Source: an uncultured Oscillospiraceae bacterium (GTDB lineage: Bacteria > Bacillota > Clostridia > Christensenellales > CAG-138). Taken from it: a DNA stretch of 64,000 nucleotides. How positions within the stretch are numbered: position 1 is the first letter of the stretch; every line of letters begins with the position of its first letter. This document shows positions 63,051 to 64,000 of this stretch, one piece after another. The translations under genes were made by a program, and so were the position numbers. The notes beneath the pieces were generated by a model. The model was not told the origin of the DNA. It ran no database searches and saw only the letters and a list, made by a program, of their open reading frames with translations. The DNA is taken from the NCBI GenBank assembly GCA_964447605.1, contig CAYUTA010000004.1:15465-79464 (forward strand), read 5' to 3'.

Positions 63051-63125
63051 CGTTCCTCCTATGAAAAGGACGCCCACCTGTACCTCTCCTATTGTACAAG
63101 ACAGACGCCTTTTCTTCAACCACTT

Positions 63126-64000
63126 TTAGCTTGTTGCCGCGATTGCCCCGTCGATCATGCGCGCCGCCGCTTCCATGACCGCTTTGTCCTCCGGGAAGGA
63201 TTGCGCCAGCGGCGCACGCACCCCGCCGACGTCCAGCCCCCGGAGCCGCAGGATGCCTTTTGCCGTGGCGTAAAGATTGCCTCTGGCCTCGCACATCTTA
63301 TAGATGATGCGGCAGCATGCGTTCTGGATTTGGCGGGCTTTTTCCACCTTGCCTCCGCGCATCAGGCGATAGACGGCGAGGTACAGCTCGGGCATGACGG
63401 CGTATGTGCCGCCGATCCCCCCGCAAGCGCCCGCGGCGAGGCCGCCGGCCAGCTGCTCGTCCGGCCCATTGAACACGACAAAGCGCTCGCTGCCCGCATC
63501 ACGGAATATCTGAATATCCTGCACCGGCATGGAGGAGTTCTTTACGCCGATCACGCGCGGATTTTTCCGCATGACGGAGAGCAGCGGCAGCGTGAGCGCC
63601 ACACCCGCGAGCTGCGGGATGTTGTAGATAATAAAATCCGTGTTCGGCGCGGCGGCGGAAATGTCGTTCCAATACGCCGCAATGGCATGCTCCGGCAGGT
63701 GGAAATAGATGGGCGGAATCGCCGCGATGGCGTCTACTCCAAGCGATTCCGCATGCGCTGCAAGCGCGCGGCTGTCCGCCGTATTGTTACAGGCTACATG
63801 CGCGATGACGGCCGCCTTGCCTTTTGCAACCGCCATGACGTGTTCCAGCGTCAGCGCGCGTTCCTCAACGCTTTGGTAGATGCATTCGCCCGAGGAGCCG
63901 CCGACATACACGCCGTCGACGCCTTTGTCAATCAAGTAACGCGTCAGCGCACGCACCCGTTCGGGGCTTACCGCGCCCACATCGTCATAGCAGGCGTAGA
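63126..64000 (-). CDS. nanA: N-acetylneuraminate lyase (DapA/NanA family), 5' end outside window
   Basis: GVDGVYVGGSSGE, IIYNIP, Schiff-base lysine in VIGVKNSS, and FNGPDEQLAGGLAAGACGGIGGTYAV (compare NanA YNGYDE..AGADGGIGSTYN). The frame stays open to the window edge. Confidence 0.8.
   Translation of the reverse strand, partial: YACYDDVGAVSPERVRALTRYLIDKGVDGVYVGGSSGECIYQSVEERALTLEHVMAVAKGKAAVIAHVACNNTADSRALAAHAESLGVDAIAAIPPIYFHLPEHAIAAYWNDISAAAPNTDFIIYNIPQLAGVALTLPLLSVMRKNPRVIGVKNSSMPVQDIQIFRDAGSERFVVFNGPDEQLAGGLAAGACGGIGGTYAVMPELYLAVYRLMRGGKVEKARQIQNACCRIIYKMCEARGNLYATAKGILRLRGLDVGGVRAPLAQSFPEDKAVMEAAARMIDGAIAATS

Overview
This is a 64-kb chromosomal segment from a high-G+C organism (about 60-65% by eye). 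Gene families suggest a Clostridia/Oscillospirales-type gut anaerobe, but that is inference only. Coding density is high.

- **1-18 kb, housekeeping and envelope genes:** CvpA, a DMT transporter, MmcQ/YjbR, a LAS/M15-type peptidase, a GT-C-like membrane protein, a YcxB-like protein, a Zn-metallopeptidase, CobO, a GNAT, and a YtrA-type GntR with an ABC-2 exporter. An 802-aa zinc-ribbon/acidic-repeat/TM surface protein carries perfect 60-bp tandem repeats. A c-di-GMP-I (GEMM-I) riboswitch sits in front of a truncated secreted-protein gene. Two paralogous ~130-nt structured leader modules match no riboswitch class I recognise.
- **18-28.7 kb:** a YheO-like regulator lies divergent from a 10-gene operon for peptide uptake, two exopeptidases, RidA and a MalY/PatB-like enzyme.
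- **29-45.1 kb, composite accessory region:** a CpG-poor sugar-ABC/ROK module, an AT-rich DUF3788 gene, and a 10.4-kb lower-G+C island. The island is bounded by a 20-nt direct repeat of the 3' end of tRNA-Ser(CGA). It carries a YesM/YesN two-component system, a sugar ABC importer, a Gfo/Idh/MocA oxidoreductase, a DUF2961/GH172 protein and mobile-element debris, but no integrase.
- **45-57.4 kb:** a zinc-ribbon protein; a TetR plus membrane-protein pair with two perfect palindromic operators; and an unusual cluster of BMP-type ABC importer, two VOC proteins, a DRE-TIM (HMGL-like) enzyme, a thiolase-like protein with DUF35, and a FadR-type GntR. The thiolase-like protein has Tyr at both canonical His positions. 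This cluster is the best candidate for an undescribed pathway.
- **57.8-64 kb:** a sialic-acid catabolic cluster of the lyase / AGE-epimerase / kinase / NagA type.

No rRNA, CRISPR array or recognisable defence system was seen. Coordinates read by hand for non-ORF features may be off by 1-2 nt.
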